Of a stretch of DNA of 32,000 nt, positions 1-8,989 are shown in pieces; positions within the stretch are counted from its first letter, which is position 1, and each line of letters begins with the position of its first letter. The stretch is from Candidatus Saccharimonadota bacterium. GTDB lineage: Bacteria > Patescibacteriota > Gracilibacteria > BD1-5 > UBA2023. The stretch is taken from assembly GCA_042852035.1 (NCBI GenBank), contig BAAFHK010000001.1, positions 240,001-272,000 on the forward strand, read 5' to 3'. The position numbers and the translations under genes were made by a program. The notes beneath the pieces were generated by a model, which was given only the letters and a program-made list of their open reading frames with translations, was not told the DNA's origin and ran no database searches.

Positions 1-108
1 AACCCGAATTATTTTATCGCTTGCTGGTCATCATTGAGGCATTATAGTTCCATCCACATCAAATAAAACTGCTTTTACTGAAGCGTTTCCATTTCTTTGA
101 GAATTCAT
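1..108 (-). CDS. HAD-superfamily hydrolase, N-terminal fragment (gene runs off the left edge)
   Basis: The minus-strand ORF starts at ATG 108-106 and reads MNSQRNGNASVKAVLFDVDGTIMPQGGPASDKIIRV. It has the HAD motif I DxDGT. Two in-frame TGA codons are read as Gly. Confidence 0.5.
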
Positions 109-225
109 AGGAAGTGAGTGGTTATGAGTAAATAAATTATACTAAAATATTATATAGAGTCAATATATGATTTTTTCAAATCAGTATTCGATTTTTTTAA
201 AAATTTTACTAGAATATAACTACTT

Positions 226-1452
226 ATGTTACAAATTCGCAGAAAAACACATACTGTCATGGTCGGAAATATCCCAATAGGAAGTGGGCACCCTATAGTA
301 ATCCAGTCGATGACGAATACTCCGACGCGTGATATCGAGGCAACGCTGACTCAGATTATCGAACTTGCAGATACAGGATCTGAGCTCGTACGTATCACTA
401 TCAATGATGATGCCGCAGCAGTTGCAGTCCCTGAGATTGTAAGAAAACTCCGAGAAAAGTGATACCTCACCCCGATTGTTGGAGACTTTCATTACAATGG
501 GCATATTCTCCTCGAGAAATATCCAGAAATGGCGCGGTCTATTTCGAAATACCGAGTTAATCCAGGAAATGTCGGGAAATGAAACCGCCACGATGACAAC
601 TATAAAAAATTTATCGAATGTGCAATAAAGTATAATCTTCCTGTTCGTATTGGAGTCAATGGATGATCCCTCGATGACGAACTTCTCTCAGCCAATATGG
701 AAATGAATGCAAAGCGAGAGAATCCAAAATCCTGACAGGATGTATATATAGATACTATGGTAGAATCTGGTCTTATCTCTGCAAGAAAGGCAGTTGAATG
801 GGGACTACCTGAGGATAAAATCATTATTTCAGTGAAGATGAGTGACCTTCAGTCGATGATAGGTGCCTATGAGCGAATTGCCTCACAGTGTGAGTATCCT
901 CTCCATCTCTGACTTACAGAGGCTGGTGCGGGCACGAAGGGAATTGTCTCTTCTTCCGCAGCGCTTTCTCTATTGCTTGAGCAAGGAATAGGGGATACTA
1001 TAAGAGTTTCTCTTACTCCCGAACCTGGAGCTCCACGCACTCTCGAAGTGGAAGTTTGTAGGGATATTCTTCAGTCAATGTGATTTCGTGCTTTCGAGCC
1101 TCAGATTGTGAGTTGTCCCGGATGTGGACGAACGAGTTCTGATAAATTCCAGATTCTTGCAAAATATGTAAAAGAACGAATCAGAGAAAAAATGCCGGAA
1201 TGGAAGAAGAAATACTACAATTTTGAATCCACTCATATCGCTGTTATGTGATGTATTGTGAATGGTGTTGGGGAAGCAAAAAATGCAGATATTGGTATAT
1301 TTATCCCATGAGATGCTGAAGCTCCACAGCTTCAGATCTATGTAAAGTGAGAACACTATAAATCTCTTGAGTGAAAAGATATTCTCAGTGTTGGAAGAGA
1401 GTTTATAGGGGTAATTGAGGAATATTTTGATCAAGAATTTACTCAGAAATAA
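226..1452 (+). CDS. ispG: 4-hydroxy-3-methylbut-2-en-1-yl diphosphate synthase (IspG/GcpE)
   Basis: A single 408-aa frame once TGA=Gly. By my reading it has ten in-frame TGAs. Several fall on conserved Gly: GVNG-G-SLD (664-666), HL-G-LTEAGA (910-912) and M-G-CIVNG (1249-1251). The stop is TAA 1450-1452. Confidence 0.95.
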
Positions 1453-1639
1453 GTCAACTCAAATCTTCTCCTACTTTTTTTGCTACCTCAGTACTTACTG
1501 TAGCACCAGAAAGAAAGGCTTGAATTTTTCGAAGCTCAATAGCATATTCCTTGCTTCAATCTCATCACTTTGTTACGATGGCTTGATAATCCTTTCAAGC
1601 TTGTAGATATCTATCGTATGCTATTTGACTTAATTCCAT
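1439..1639 (-). CDS. Small hypothetical protein (66 aa), weakly supported
   Basis: Minus-strand frame MELSQIAYDRYLQAGKDYQAIVTKGGDGSKEYAIELRKIQAFLSGATVSTEVAKKVGEDLSGLISE, with four TGA=Gly. It overlaps the ispG 3' end by 14 nt. No promoter is visible between it and the upstream terminator. Confidence 0.25.
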
Positions 1640-1642
1640 AAT

Positions 1643-1677
1643 AAAAATACGTTATAATATTCTTATAACGTATTTTT
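1643..1677. terminator. Bidirectional intrinsic terminator
   Basis: Perfect 15-bp inverted repeat aaaaatacgttataa / ttataacgtattttt with a 5-nt loop. A/T runs flank both sides. It lies between convergent ispG and the DUF305 gene. Confidence 0.7.
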
Positions 1678-1691
1678 ATTATTTATCAAGT

Positions 1692-2255
1692 TTAATAGTA
1701 TTTTTCACATCATAGCATAGTTGGCATTTCGCGACAATGCTCTCGCATCATCTCATCTTGAGGATCTATGCTAGTTCCGCTCGATATAGTTCCACTATTT
1801 GTATAGCCCCATTCTCTGAGCCATTTCTCCATTTGATCGATTTCATTTGCTTGTGCTGCGATGATATCAGCACCAAGTTTTTTGAGTTCGTCGTGTTTTG
1901 CTCCAGTAAGATATTTTGCCATATCGATAGCTCATTGATGATGGGGAATCATCGCAATAAGAAAGGCCTTATCAAGATCATCTCAAGTTTTTCCTTCGAG
2001 CATCTTTACCATATCATTCATTGTCATAGAGTCATGATTCATGGCTTGATTGAAATATTTATTTTCGTATTGTTTCTGGAACTCACCCCTCATTGGTCTT
2101 CCATATTTTCCTTGAGTGTTTTGAGGGTTTGGGTAATATCGACTTCCATCGATGACTCACCAAGAATAGGCACCTACAAAAAGAAGAACTACGATAAGGA
2201 TGCGTATCCATGACCAGAAGTTGATTTTTTGGAACTCTTTTTTTATATCTTCCAT
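1692..2255 (-). CDS. DUF305 family protein (ferritin-like, copper-associated), membrane-anchored
   Basis: 187 aa with an N-terminal TM (WSWIRILIVVLLFVGAY). Motifs FLIAMIPHHQGAIDMA and IIAAQANEIDQMEKWL are typical of DUF305. The standard-code stop TGA 1710-1712 is read through for 5 codons to TAA 1692-1694. Confidence 0.85.
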
Positions 2256-2342
2256 AAAATAATAGGGTTAGAAGTTACATATCCATCATACTGTGATTTG
2301 TTTTTGTGTCGAGTGAATTCAAGGAATAAATTTCTTCATATT

Positions 2343-2618
2343 TTATTTGCGAGTAGCAACATCCCAGGTTCGTAGGAGTTCGTCGATGAATGCATCTACC
2401 ACTCTTGGGTCGTCGGATGAAAGTTTTTTCTTTCCGCAACAGAGGAGATGGTCTCTCATGAGTTCGCGATTCGCGGATTTGAGGAGTCCCATTGTCGCAT
2501 TAATTTGATGTGCTACATCAGCACAGTAGACATCATTTTCTGCCATTTCGATGACCTTTTCGAGAGTCCCTCTTGCTTTCTTGAGACTTGTAATAATAGC
2601 TTTTCGTTCGTGTTGCAT
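2343..2618 (-). CDS. csoR: CsoR/RcnR-family metal-sensing transcriptional repressor
   Basis: 91 aa, intact in the ORF track. It shows the DUF156 pattern, with a C...H...C ligand arrangement (VYCADV ... DHLLCCG) as in copper-type CsoR. Confidence 0.85.
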   Translation of the reverse strand: MQHERKAIITSLKKARGTLEKVIEMAENDVYCADVAHQINATMGLLKSANRELMRDHLLCCGKKKLSSDDPRVVDAFIDELLRTWDVATRK

Positions 2619-2627
2619 AGAGAGAGT

Positions 2628-2888
2628 TTAGAGTTTTCCGAGCGCGCAGGAAACATAGCTTTTTGCTTTCTTTATAAAATTCTCTGCCTCAGGACTTCCG
2701 ACTTCGGGGTACCCTAGTGAGGAGAGAAGGGAAGTTATATCTTCTTTTTTTGGCCCCTTAGTATACTGCAAGGTTCCAGTTTTTATATCGATATGAACAT
2801 CTTCTGCTCATACCTTTTCGAGTGCTTTGGTGATGGTGTTTGCACACCCGCAACACTTGATGTTCATGATTTGTATCGTCTGTTTCAT
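2628..2888 (-). CDS. copZ: Heavy-metal-associated (HMA) domain protein, CopZ-like chaperone
   Basis: 86 aa: MKQTIQIMNIKCCGCANTITKALEKVGAEDVHIDIKTGTLQY... The metal-binding CxxC is near the N-terminus of a ferredoxin-like HMA fold. It contains one TGA=Gly and sits immediately upstream of csoR. Confidence 0.75.
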
Positions 2889-2891
2889 ATA

Positions 2892-2939
2892 CCATACCAT
2901 AGGGTATGGTTATATTATTCTGGTAAGAAAAAGAGTCAA
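2892..2939 (-). promoter_or_regulatory. Sigma70-like promoter with a candidate CsoR operator
   Basis: On the minus strand the promoter reads TTGACT (2939-2934), a 16-nt spacer, then TAATAT (2917-2912). It is followed by the inverted repeat CCATACC-N4-GGTATGG (2892-2909), directly abutting the copZ ATG. The palindrome resembles the TACC-N-GGTA type described for CsoR sites. Confidence 0.5.
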
Positions 2940-3016
2940 ATAAAAATATGATATTTCTTTGGGGCTTCTCTAGATTTATGATATTATTTCCTTATCCTTT
3001 ACTGATTGATTCAAAT

Positions 3017-3733
3017 ATGAACAAGAAGAGTTCCTCAGAGTTTTCAGAGGCTATTAACCAGATAAACAATGCTATACTATCTACCTTTAATAAGTACTGA
3101 AGAAGTTGTTCGGCATTTTATCAAATAGGAGAAAAAGGACTTCTACCTGAAAGGAGCATATTGTTTGTTGGTATGAATCCTGCCTGATCTAGGAAATGAT
3201 TTCAAAAATGGAAATGAATGAAAAAGGATGAATATTTCAAAAAAAATGCAATGGATATTTCGTCCTATGATAGGTACTATAAAATCTATTCTGATAATTT
3301 TGGTCGCTCAAAAAAAAGAGATTGGAATATTATCGATTTGTTAGCTCAGAGAAGTTCTAATCAATCAAAAATAGCGAATTCTATAGATTTAATTATCAAT
3401 AGGAAAAGAAAATATAGAGCTGAAAAATTAATCAATGCTCAATACAAAATATTTCTTAAGCTTATATGAATTCTTAAACCCAAGGTAATAGTAGTAATGA
3501 ATGCAAAGGCATCTGAATATATAAAATTTAAGCAGTTCAGAAACCAAAAGAAACGAATATGAAAGCAATGATTCTGGGAAATGAGACTTTGAAAAAAACA
3601 AAATCTCACCATACCAATCTTATTTACATGCCCATTATCAACATGACGACCCATGGATATATGAACGAGAGAACAACTAAAGTGGAATATTAAACGTATA
3701 TTGAAAGAAATGCAAAACTCTCCCAATAAATAG
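3017..3733 (+). CDS. Hypothetical protein, possibly uracil-DNA-glycosylase-superfamily-like
   Basis: A 238-aa frame with about ten TGA=Gly and stop TAG 3731-3733. The motif ILFVGMNPAGS resembles UDG/MUG motif A (GxNP), but I could not confirm a second motif. The functional call is weak. Confidence 0.6.
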
Positions 3734-3744
3734 GAGAGTTTTTT
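3714..3744. terminator. Bidirectional intrinsic terminator
   Basis: 8-bp stem aactctcc / ggagagtt with a 9-nt loop, flanked by A and T runs. It lies between convergent genes. Confidence 0.7.
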
Positions 3745-3746
3745 CA

Positions 3747-5264
3747 TTATTTCTTTTTGTTCTTTCTGAAAATTTTCGATATTTTTGACTTTATTCGTAC
3801 CCCAAAAAAAGTGAAGCCCTGAGTGAGTCGATGGATCTTCTTTTCGAAAAATCCATGACTCTTTTTTTCCTCATTTCAGGACTTATTCTTCTTTTCTGAT
3901 CATTCTTTTTTCGTTGCCTTTTCAGGGCTTCCGAGATCTTCTTTGGTCCGGATGAGGGCATATTCTGTTGGTTTTTCTGGCACAGTGATATAGACATCGA
4001 CATGCCCACCATGAGCAGATTTCACCTCTTCACCCGAGAGTGAGTAGATTTTCTCGAGAGTAAAATCGACAGATTGTGTTGGGGAAATGAGTCTGAGCTT
4101 ATCTCCGACATCGATTCGATTTTTTACGATAATTCTTGCGATTTTTTCCTCCTTTGCGAGTGATGTAAGATTCTTTGGGACTTCATTGTCGGTTTGGATG
4201 ATTCCCGCCATTTCTTCCTCATGGAGTTCTTTATTTTTTTCGAAATAGATAGCTTTTTCTCCAGGGTTTCCGACCAGAAATCCTGGAGTATATCCACGAT
4301 TGGATATAGCAAATACTTCTTTCGAAAGTTTCATCGCATCGTACTCTATATTTTTCTCTACCGCATCGAGTGCTGGTCGATATGCGCGCCCGACTCAGGC
4401 GATATAATTCACCGTCTTACTTCGACCTTCTACCTTGAAGCTTACTACTCATGCATCAGCAAGTTCCTGCATATATGATAGGAGACAGATATCTCGTGAA
4501 TTCATGATGTAGGTTCCATATTCATCTTCATCGATTGGAAGCATTTCTCCTGGGCGTTCTTTTTCTTCGAGGTAAAATTCTCCCGTGAGTTCCTCATAGT
4601 CATCAGGTCGACCTGTCGAGTCATAGAGTTCCTCGGGTGAGGCGTCTTTTTTAAATACCTTATATTCCCAGCGACAACTATGGGAACAAGTTCATTGATT
4701 CGGATCACGGTGAGAGAAATAGTTCGAGAGGAGACATCGCCCAGAATACGCCATACATATTGCTCAATGGACAAAAAATTCAAGTTCGATATCTGGAACT
4801 TGCTCGTGGATTTCTTTCACTTCTTTGAGAGAGAGTTCACGAGAGAGTATTATGCGCTTCACTCCGAGGTCTCGCCAGAATTCTACTTGTGCCCAGTTAG
4901 TGTTGTTGGCTTGCACAGAGAGATGTATTTCTGCATTTGGGAAGTTTTTTCGCACGAGGTTGATGAGTCCAGGGTCGCTCATGATATAGGCATCAGGCTT
5001 CAGTGCTTCCATCTTCTCGAAGGCTTTCATAAAGGGTCCAATCTTCATATTGTGGGCGTAGATGTTTGCGGTGAAGTAGATTTTTTTCCCACGAGCATGA
5101 CAGTATTCGACCCCTTCCGCAAGAGTTTCCCAGGTGAATTGGTTTTCTCGAGCACGGAGAGAAAACATTGGCACTCAGGCGTATACAGCATCTGCTCCAT
5201 AGGCGATGGCGTATTTGAGCTTTTCGAGGTTACCAGCGGGCATGAGGAGTTCAAGTTTTTTCAT
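3747..5264 (-). CDS. Peptidase U32 family protein (YegQ/TrhP/RlhA-like)
   Basis: It starts MKKLELLMPAGNLEKLKYAIAYGADAVYAG and contains the family signature EFFVHGAICMAYSGRCLLSNYFSHRDPNQGTCSHSCRWEY. I checked every codon from 5264 to 3747. The former stop TGA 3900-3902 is followed by a 51-codon Lys-rich in-frame tail ending at TAA 3747-3749. Confidence 0.9.
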
Positions 5265-5584
5265 AAGTTGACAAATATAAAATAAAGGCTAAATTAATGG
5301 AACTTTTTTAAAATCACAATATATGTCATGAATTGAATGAGGAAGCCTTGGTGCAACACCAGATTCACAATTAAGGGATGTGCTTATTCAGGCATTTCCT
5401 CAAATGAGGGATATCGATAGCAAAGTACGGGATTTACCACAGGATGTAAGAGGTCGAATTCTTGATCTTATGTGTACTGGGCCTTTTCGGGAAGCTGATA
5501 TTTCTCTAACTGCAAGTGAAGAAGTTCTTAGTGCAGTTCGACAGGCCTATATGAATCACCTAAGAAGTCCAGCACATGGGCAAT

Positions 5585-5787
5585 AAAAAAATCGCACAGA
5601 ACTTTTGAAAGTAGAGTATCTGAAATCTTGAAATCGGAGCATGGATTGCTCGCCCCTCTCATGTGTCGCACCGCTTGGCGGATGCTCGCATTCGGGGGCA
5701 TGGATCGCACATAGTGCTTACACATCGTACCTCGCAATGACAGAATAGTGGGAACTTTCAAAGAGGGTTCTGCACGACTTCTCTTTT
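5585..5787 (-). ncRNA. Candidate ~200-nt rod-shaped ncRNA (6S-like architecture, class not assigned)
   Basis: A perfect -10 TATAAT (minus strand, 5799-5794) sits about 7 nt upstream of the predicted 5' end. The 5' arm (5783-5767) pairs with the 3' arm (5602-5586) over 17 bp, with 5 G-U pairs that would be A-C mismatches on the plus strand. A nested 9-bp helix (5762-5754 with 5612-5604) and a 6-bp helix (5747-5741 with 5622-5617) follow. The RNA ends in a U7 tract. The interior is GC-enriched and hairpin-rich, and I see no convincing ORF. Confidence 0.45.
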
Positions 5788-5924
5788 GGGCGAATTATAG
5801 AGAAAATTTTGTGAAATCAAGTTTTCTCTATTTTGCGTTTATAAACAAGAAACCCAAATCCCTAAAAGAAAAATTGCTATTATCTGGCGTCTAGTTATAG
5901 TAGTTTTGCTACTAAGTTACTACT

Positions 5925-6770
5925 ATGAAACGCAAATTTTCTTCATGGATTATTCTATTTATTGCTGTTGGTATTACTTTTTTTAGTATAGAAGAATTCT
6001 ATCAGACTCATGAGGAAAATACGCTTCCTTCACAAAAATTGGGAGTCTCTTCTGAATTAGTTCATCCTGAACCTCTTCCAAAAAGTGCATGACAACAAGA
6101 TTGTTCCATGAATGGAACATGGTTCCAAGAAAATGAACGTGAGGGATATCAGAGTTGACTTATTGATTGTGATCATGCTGTTTCATATAACCTACTTGAT
6201 GGAACTGTAGAGTCAATAACGGGAGCTTCAACTTTTGAAAAATGATATATTTCAGATGATAACGGGACATATTTTGCATTAAACGTAAAAAGCTGTTGAT
6301 GAGCTCCATGTGAATTTAGAAAGATATCTCCAAAAACCAGATTACAAATTATGAATAATTCATGAGTATTATTTGCGAGTGATGGAATCAATATCTTTTA
6401 TAATGGCATAATTCTGAAGTGAGCTACGAAAATATCAGATTTTATTGTGCTCAATGACACGGTTTGATGAGTGATATTTCGAAATTCTGATACGGTTTGG
6501 TTCGATGGGCAAGCTATAGAATGAGCTGATTCAAGAACATTTAAAATTATTTCAGGAAGTGAAGAGGGGAGCTCTTCGGTATTTGCATCGGATAAAAAGT
6601 ATTGCTATCATCTTTTATCGTATTGAGGTGATTCTGGCGTTATTCCAGAGTGTATTCCAGAGAATTTCCGTACCCTCTGAAAGGAATATTCCACTGATGG
6701 AAAAAGTGTATTCTTGCAAAATAGTAAAATCGAAGGGGCGAACCCACTTACTTTCAGGCTTCCACAATAA
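5925..6770 (+). CDS. DKNYY-repeat family protein, N-terminally membrane-anchored
   Basis: 281 aa with 14 in-frame TGA, all checked in frame. There is an N-terminal TM (WIILFIAVGITFF). Repeated units are of the type DKKYCYHL / GKSVFLQNSKIEGANPLTFRL / VWFDGQAIEGADSRTFKII. The stop is TAA 6768-6770. The standard-code ORF 6559-6774 is in another frame. Confidence 0.8.
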
Positions 6771-6772
6771 AT

Positions 6773-6805
6773 AAAAAATTCCCTCCAAATCGGAGGGAAT
6801 TTTTA
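6773..6805. terminator. Bidirectional intrinsic terminator
   Basis: 10-bp stem aattccctcc / ggagggaatt with a 5-nt loop, flanked by A6 and T5 runs. It lies between convergent genes and overlaps the stop of the MBL gene. Confidence 0.75.
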
Positions 6806-7501
6806 TTCGAGTCCAAGTTTTAGATTTGCTGGAAGAGCGACATCGAGGAATTTTGGTGGAGCGAGATGAAGTGCATTCATTGTTTCAGTGAATGCTTCGA
6901 GCGTGGTCTCAGTTCGAATACGAGTATTGTATTGTTTCTCTTCGCCAATTGTTGACATCATATGCCCTGCATAATCGTGTCCTGGATAGACCTTTGTATC
7001 ATCAGGGAGTGTGTACATTTTGTCTTTGATTGAGTGGTACATCTTCTCGGGAGATCCTTGTTGGAAGTCAGTACGTCCCGTCTTTCGGATGAAGAGCACA
7101 TCCCCAGAAAAAAGCATATCTCCGATAACAAATGAGGTGCATCCATCCGTATGACCTGGAGTTGAGAGGGCTTTTATTTCTATATTCCCGACCGTAAGGA
7201 CTTCTCCATCATGAAGGAGGATATCAGGTTTTGCGACTGCAGCACCTTCTCCAAGGGCAATCTTGGCTCCTGTTTTCTCCCGGAGTACCCCACTTCATGT
7301 GATGTGATCGGCGTGGATATGGGTATCGAGGATATAACTGAGAGTGAGTCCGAGTTCGGTGAGGAGCTTCATATCTCGTTCGACTTGTTCACGGACAGGA
7401 TCAATAATGACCGCTTCTTGGGTCTCGCTATCCGCGACGATGTAAGTGTAAGTCCAGGTCTTCTCATCGAAGAGTTGGCGGAAGATGATAGTGTTGTTCA
7501 T
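6803..7501 (-). CDS. MBL-fold hydrolase, ETHE1/Blh-type persulfide dioxygenase-like
   Basis: 232 aa with the motifs DTHIHADHITG, STPGHTDGC, FSGDVLFIRKTGRTDFQQGS and VYPGHDY. There is one TGA=Gly at 7295-7297. I checked every codon across the 7117-7295 gap. Confidence 0.85.
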
Positions 7502-7504
7502 AAT

Positions 7505-7532
7505 TTGACAGTTTAAATAATATTGTTATATT
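7505..7532 (+). promoter_or_regulatory. Sigma70-like promoter facing the plus strand
   Basis: TTGACA (7505-7510), a 16-nt spacer, then TATATT (7527-7532). It points into the spacer between tauE and the MBL gene, both of which are on the minus strand. Confidence 0.4.
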
Positions 7533-7539
7533 TAATTTA

Positions 7540-7715
7540 TCACATACTCGCGGAGGTTAGATGGTCGAATCGATTCTCATCTGTGCTTTCGCGGCATGGG
7601 TGCTCGAAAGAGTGGTTTTCACGGTGCCCTCGAAGATTCGATGGGCAATCGCAACGGTGTTCATGACCATCATCTGGCATGTGACGCTCTACATGAGGGG
7701 GTAACCCCTTTTTTT
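7540..7715 (+). ncRNA. Candidate ~175-nt sRNA antisense to the tauE-MBL spacer (class unknown)
   Basis: It begins just downstream of the 7505-7532 promoter. It ends in a GGGG-UAA-CCCC hairpin followed by T7 (7697-7715), which acts as a terminator only in the plus orientation. The interior is GC-enriched, with a GCUC-GAAA-GAGU hairpin and a CAUGU...ACAUG hairpin. The alternative reading is a minus-strand His/Cys-rich ORF (see noticed_but_rejected). Confidence 0.35.
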
Positions 7716-7785
7716 GTATTAATTTTTGAAGCAACTTTGCCAGAATCGAGTGGCACACCAGTGTCAGAAAGGTTTCATAGATAAA

Positions 7786-8553
7786 TTAGAAAAAAAGTTC
7801 TTTCGAAAGCATAACGACAGCTGCCGTCATCGTGAAGTAACCAAATCCCTGAGTCAGATGTTCACTCGCGAGATATTTCTGGAGAAAAAGTCCGATAGTG
7901 AGTCCACCGACAGCAATGAATACGAGCGTCGCGAGAAATGCCGTGTCAACCTCAGGAGGAATCCTTCATGCAGCTCCTATAAGCATATTGAGTGAGATAA
8001 TGCTCATGGAGGTCGCGATAGCCTTTTTCCCTTCGAGTCACTCGAAGAACATGAGTGCTGGTACGATGAGGAATCCAACTCCAGCTCAAACGAGCCCAGT
8101 GATAAATCCAACAACTCCTCCCCTGAGTCAGGTGCGTAAAATTTTTCCATGGGTTGAATACGTATTTTTCGCACTACTTAGAGATTTTTTCTTACAGATC
8201 ATCGAGCAGCCAGAGGCAAACATGATGAAGGTGAAGAGGATGAGGAGGTAGGTGGATTTTTCGAGGATCCAGAGATGTTCTGGAAGGGTCGGGAGGATAT
8301 ATCTGCGAGTCAGGACTGTGATGATGATCGAGGGGATGGCGAAATGAAATCCTGTCTTCCATGAGATACGGTTGTGTGCGAGAAATGTCCCGATGACTGA
8401 GGTTGATCCAACGATGATCATGCTATAAAACGTCGCGAGGAGAGGATCAATATGAAATCCATATACGAGCGTAGGAATCGCGAAAATCCCTCCGCCACCT
8501 CCGACGAGTCAGATAATAATCCCGACAAGGATAAAGAGAAGAAGGGAAAACAT
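7786..8553 (-). CDS. TauE/SafE (DUF81) family sulfite/anion exporter
   Basis: 255 aa, polytopic. It starts MFSLLLFILVGIIIGLVGGGGGIFAIPTLVY and has the second-half repeat GGVVGFITGLVGAGVGFLIVPALMFF. The start codon overlaps the trx stop (TAATG at 8551-8555). The stop is TAA 7786-7788. Confidence 0.9.
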
Positions 8554-8864
8554 TAGAGGTATTTTTCGATTAAGGTCTTGAGTTCATCGACATATTTCAC
8601 TCCGACGACCTTCTCGACGGGTTTCCCGTCTTGGAAGAGAATCATTGTCGGGATTGATCTGATTTGGAAGGCATTTGGCACATTGGGTTCATTATCGACA
8701 TTGTGCTTCATGACTCGCATTTTGCCGTCCATCACCTTCGCGAGTTCTTCGAGGATGGGTCCCATCATCTGACAGGGTCCGCACCATGGTGCCCAGAAAT
8801 CGACGAGGACGACACCTTTCTCGATATCACGAGCGAAATTATTATCCGTAGAAGTGTATGTCAT
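8553..8864 (-). CDS. trxA: Thioredoxin
   Basis: 103 aa from the internal ATG at 8864: MTYTSTDNNFARDIEKGVVLVDFWAPWCGPCQMMGPILEE... It has the canonical WCGPC motif. The longer upstream extension in the ORF track is hydrophobic junk that overlaps the promoter. Confidence 0.9.
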   Translation of the reverse strand: MTYTSTDNNFARDIEKGVVLVDFWAPWCGPCQMMGPILEELAKVMDGKMRVMKHNVDNEPNVPNAFQIRSIPTMILFQDGKPVEKVVGVKYVDELKTLIEKYL

Positions 8865-8890
8865 AGTATTTTTTATAGTGTTACATGAAT

Positions 8891-8944
8891 ATATTATGAA
8901 AATGTAATATAAAGTCAAAAGAAAATATTATGAAAATGTAATAT
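8891..8944 (-). promoter_or_regulatory. Two tandem copies of the palindromic operator ATATTATGAAAATGTAATAT; the proximal copy is embedded in the trx promoter
   Basis: Identical 20-mers at 8891-8910 and 8925-8944, 34 bp apart. On the minus strand the proximal copy lies inside TTGACT (8918-8913), a 16-nt spacer, then TAATAT (8896-8891), 27 nt upstream of the trx ATG. Each 20-mer is an inverted repeat, ATATTA-N8-TAATAT. Confidence 0.6.
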
Positions 8945-8961
8945 ATAGTGTTTTGAATTAT

Positions 8962-8989
8962 AAAAAAATCCACTAAGATTTGGATTTTT
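8962..8989 (-). terminator. Intrinsic terminator of the ATPase-Toprim gene
   Basis: 9-bp stem aaaaatcca / tggattttt with an 8-nt loop that overlaps the TAG stop. A T run follows on the minus strand. Confidence 0.7.

Noticed and set aside
5330-5800. RNase P or tmRNA in the U32-DKNYY intergenic region (GAAGUCCAGCAC at about 5563, ACAGAAUAGUGGGAACUU at about 5740)
   Set aside because: The candidate P4 strands either lack the conserved bulged U or are only about 220 nt apart, with no recognisable CR-II/III/IV. The tmRNA ends are not present on either strand. The strand-specific G-U evidence favours a ~200-nt minus-strand rod instead.
6485-6505. GGTTCGATGGG and similar T-loop-like strings (also 7563 and 30225) as possible tRNA genes
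   Set aside because: No flanking T-stem, acceptor or anticodon arms can be drawn. All of them lie inside coding frames or inside the sRNA candidate.
7537-7758. Minus-strand 73-aa His/Cys-rich ORF (possible metal- or sulfur-binding peptide) in the tauE-MBL spacer
   Set aside because: I have not fully excluded it, but I rank it lower. It has only a GTG start and no family resemblance. It would have to contain a perfect plus-strand terminator hairpin plus T7, and a good plus-strand promoter lies at its 3' end.
8891-8944. Tandem identical 20-mers spaced 34 bp apart, as a possible mini-CRISPR or repeat array
   Set aside because: There are only two copies. Each is an internal palindrome, both overlap promoter elements, and related copies sit at two other promoters. 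This is operator behaviour, not a CRISPR array, and no cas genes are present.
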